DNA of 63,258 nucleotides, the filler included, from Saprolegnia diclina VS20 (taxonomy: Eukaryota): assembly GCF_000281045.1 (NCBI RefSeq). It is 3 parts of 2 records of this genome, joined end to end, with 100 filler letters (N's around TTAATTAATTAA, not from the genome) between each part and the next. Parts side by side here need not be neighbours in the genome. Positions count along the whole stretch, not along the records: positions 60,468 to 63,258 come from NW_008246071.1; 2 more parts are not named here. One strand, given 5' to 3'. Shown here in pieces: positions 61,361 through 63,258 of this stretch (positions are counted from its first letter, which is position 1; every line of letters starts with the position of its first letter). The position numbers were made by a program, and so were the translations under genes. Below the pieces are notes generated by a model. The model searched no databases. It was given only the letters and a program-made list of their open reading frames with translations, and was not told the DNA's origin.

Positions 61361-62209
61361 CTTGCTAGACGTACTCTTCATGGTGCCCTTAGTGCCCCGG
61401 CCATGGTTCGGGGTCCAGCGCCGGACGACTTGACCATGTCGCTCCATTTTTGTTAGATTATTGCATTAGGCTACAGTACTAATATATACATGTATCATTA
61501 TGTACACTGCTCGTGTTTATCCGGGTGCAACGGTCAATGAAGCTGCTGGTTGGGGTTTGGGGCGAGGTGAGTTGACGGCGTCCGCGGCCCGAAAGTCGTC
61601 CGCGAGTTGCGCGGGGGTTCTCCCGGCTCGAGAGCGTAGTACTGCTCGATCGTCTCAATGGCGTTACAGCTCATCTCCTTCGTGGCTCCGTTGCGTGCGT
61701 CCTTGGGTCTCTGGTCTTGTACCCTGCTTCTCCACCACTTGCCGTACACACACGGCCAAGCGCATAGACCAAAGGGAATCGCTTCGTTGCTATTTGGGGA
61801 TGAAGTGCTCTCCAACTGGCGGGTGTGTATCGTCTCTACGTGCCTAGTCGCGCCTTGTCGGGACTTCAAAGGGGCGTGCGATTAGAGTGGATCACCACAG
61901 AAGTAGTCCATGGCATCTGGCTGCCGAACCAGACGATATGGCGACTTGCAACGGACGACATGGCAAACCCAATGCTCCTGTTGTGCAGAACAGTACAAGT
62001 GCTCGAGTGGATCGTCCACAAAGTGCAGAGTTGGAGCTTGACGCTACTGCCTCCACCGCAACCGTGGACTTGTGAGGCTCACTAGTCCACGAGAGCGCCA
62101 GGCGAGGCCGCACCAGAATGACTAAATTTGATGAAAACATGTATTGCATTAGCAGTTGATTATGCACGCCAACTAGCATTTCCGAAAGCGGCTTCGTGGG
62201 AACAAGAAC

Positions 62210-63258
62210 TCAAACGTCGTTGGGGCCGGGCGCCGTGGGCTCGTTGGTAGTCGCAGCGTCGTTGGTGGTCGCAGGCTCGTTGGTCGTTGCGGTCCCATTG
62301 GCGGTGGGCGTCGCTTGGACGTCGAGTGGACGCGCCCAAAAGACTGAGCCGTCGTCGCGCGCGTGCTGCACGACGCCGTGAAAGTTGCCTTTGGGGTCTC
62401 CCTTTCGCACAAATTCGACCAAAGTCGTACTGAGAGCCTCCTTGGCCAAGCTCAATCCCTTCACTGCCATCTTGAGGCCACTGAGCACTTTCTCCATGAT
62501 GGGAACCGCCAGTAAAAGACCAGGCACTGGCACCACGTCCGCCACCGTTTTGGCCGCCTTCATGAACTTGACGCCGTACTCGCACGGAACCAGAAGGCTG
62601 CAGATGAGTTTGAGGCGCTCCTCGGAACGCGACGGGAGCGACATCGGGTAAATCTCGGAGTCCGTGAGCACAGGCAAGCCCGTTCGCTCGTCGACAATGT
62701 AGAGAAACCCGCCGCTTTTGCCGGCCAGGAACTTCTGCGACGGCTCTTGAAGCACGGGATTGTCGGGGTCGATGCGGTGCTCGGAAATGATGAACGACGT
62801 CGGGATGACATGGCGCTTGGACTATAAAATGTACATGAGACATTGATGAAATCAAAGTGGACGCACCTCGAGAATCGTTGTCGCTGTCGCACGACGCGCG
62901 GCCAAGAGCTCGCCGGACAGATCGTCCAAGCGATCAAGAAACTCGGCGCGCACGTCTCGAGCTGCAACGTCCTGACGCGCCAAAGCCGCTCGCGTCACGG
63001 CATCGGCTGCGTTGAATTGGTCCGTAAAGTCGGCAAACATCTGGCACATCGGAGTCAAGTCGACCTCAGCCTTGCGGTCGGCCGACAAGGTCGTCATGTT
63101 GGCCGTGTATGCGCTGAGAGCGTCCGTGAGAGCGGACAACTTGGCAACCTCTTGCCGCACGACAAGATTGCCGTCGGGGCGCTCGTCGAGCGAGACGCGC
63201 TCGATCTGCTCCTCGATGCCGCCGCCGTCGACCCGGCGACGAATCGCCTGGACTTGCA
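62210..63258 (-). CDS. 3' part of a spliced hypothetical protein (coiled coil + PTSFII..LYIVDE.TG.PV..YP domain + T/N-rich tail); runs off the window
   Basis: Two coding-biased exons joined by a GT-AG intron near 62822-62866; stop at 62210; 18-bp repeat (TTNEPA-like) at about 62238-62291. Confidence 0.7.

Noticed and set aside
61460..62150. Short ORFs that might be a transposon remnant
   Set aside because: No recognisable transposase, RT or terminal-repeat motifs.

Overview
Eukaryotic, intron-rich, GC3-biased oomycete DNA, most like Saprolegniales (Saprolegnia-type). Two 100-nt N44-TTAATTAATTAA-N44 assembly spacers (28343-28442, 60368-60467) and three plain N gaps interrupt it. 1-3.5 kb: degraded mosaic with a GCN1-like C-terminal relic and two copies of a 42-bp minisatellite. 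3.6-28.3 kb: lineage-specific membrane-protein block containing three paralogous, apparently intronless, internally duplicated multipass proteins of about 1700 aa, a frameshifted smaller TM gene, a divergent ankyrin-repeat pair, and a spliced gene that appears to fuse ARM-like repeats to a polycystin-2 (TRPP)-type channel with a degenerate pore. 29-58 kb: conserved housekeeping genes (REV3, a tail-anchored protein, ALKBH1-like, Borealin-like, SMC5, a VPS13 with inserted C2/RA-like/PH/DEP/PDZ modules, a class-V PLP lyase). End: a gapped Cys-rich receptor-like ectodomain gene, an internally deleted Der/EngA pseudogene, and the 3' end of an unknown gene. All calls come from reading motifs by eye; no database searches were run.
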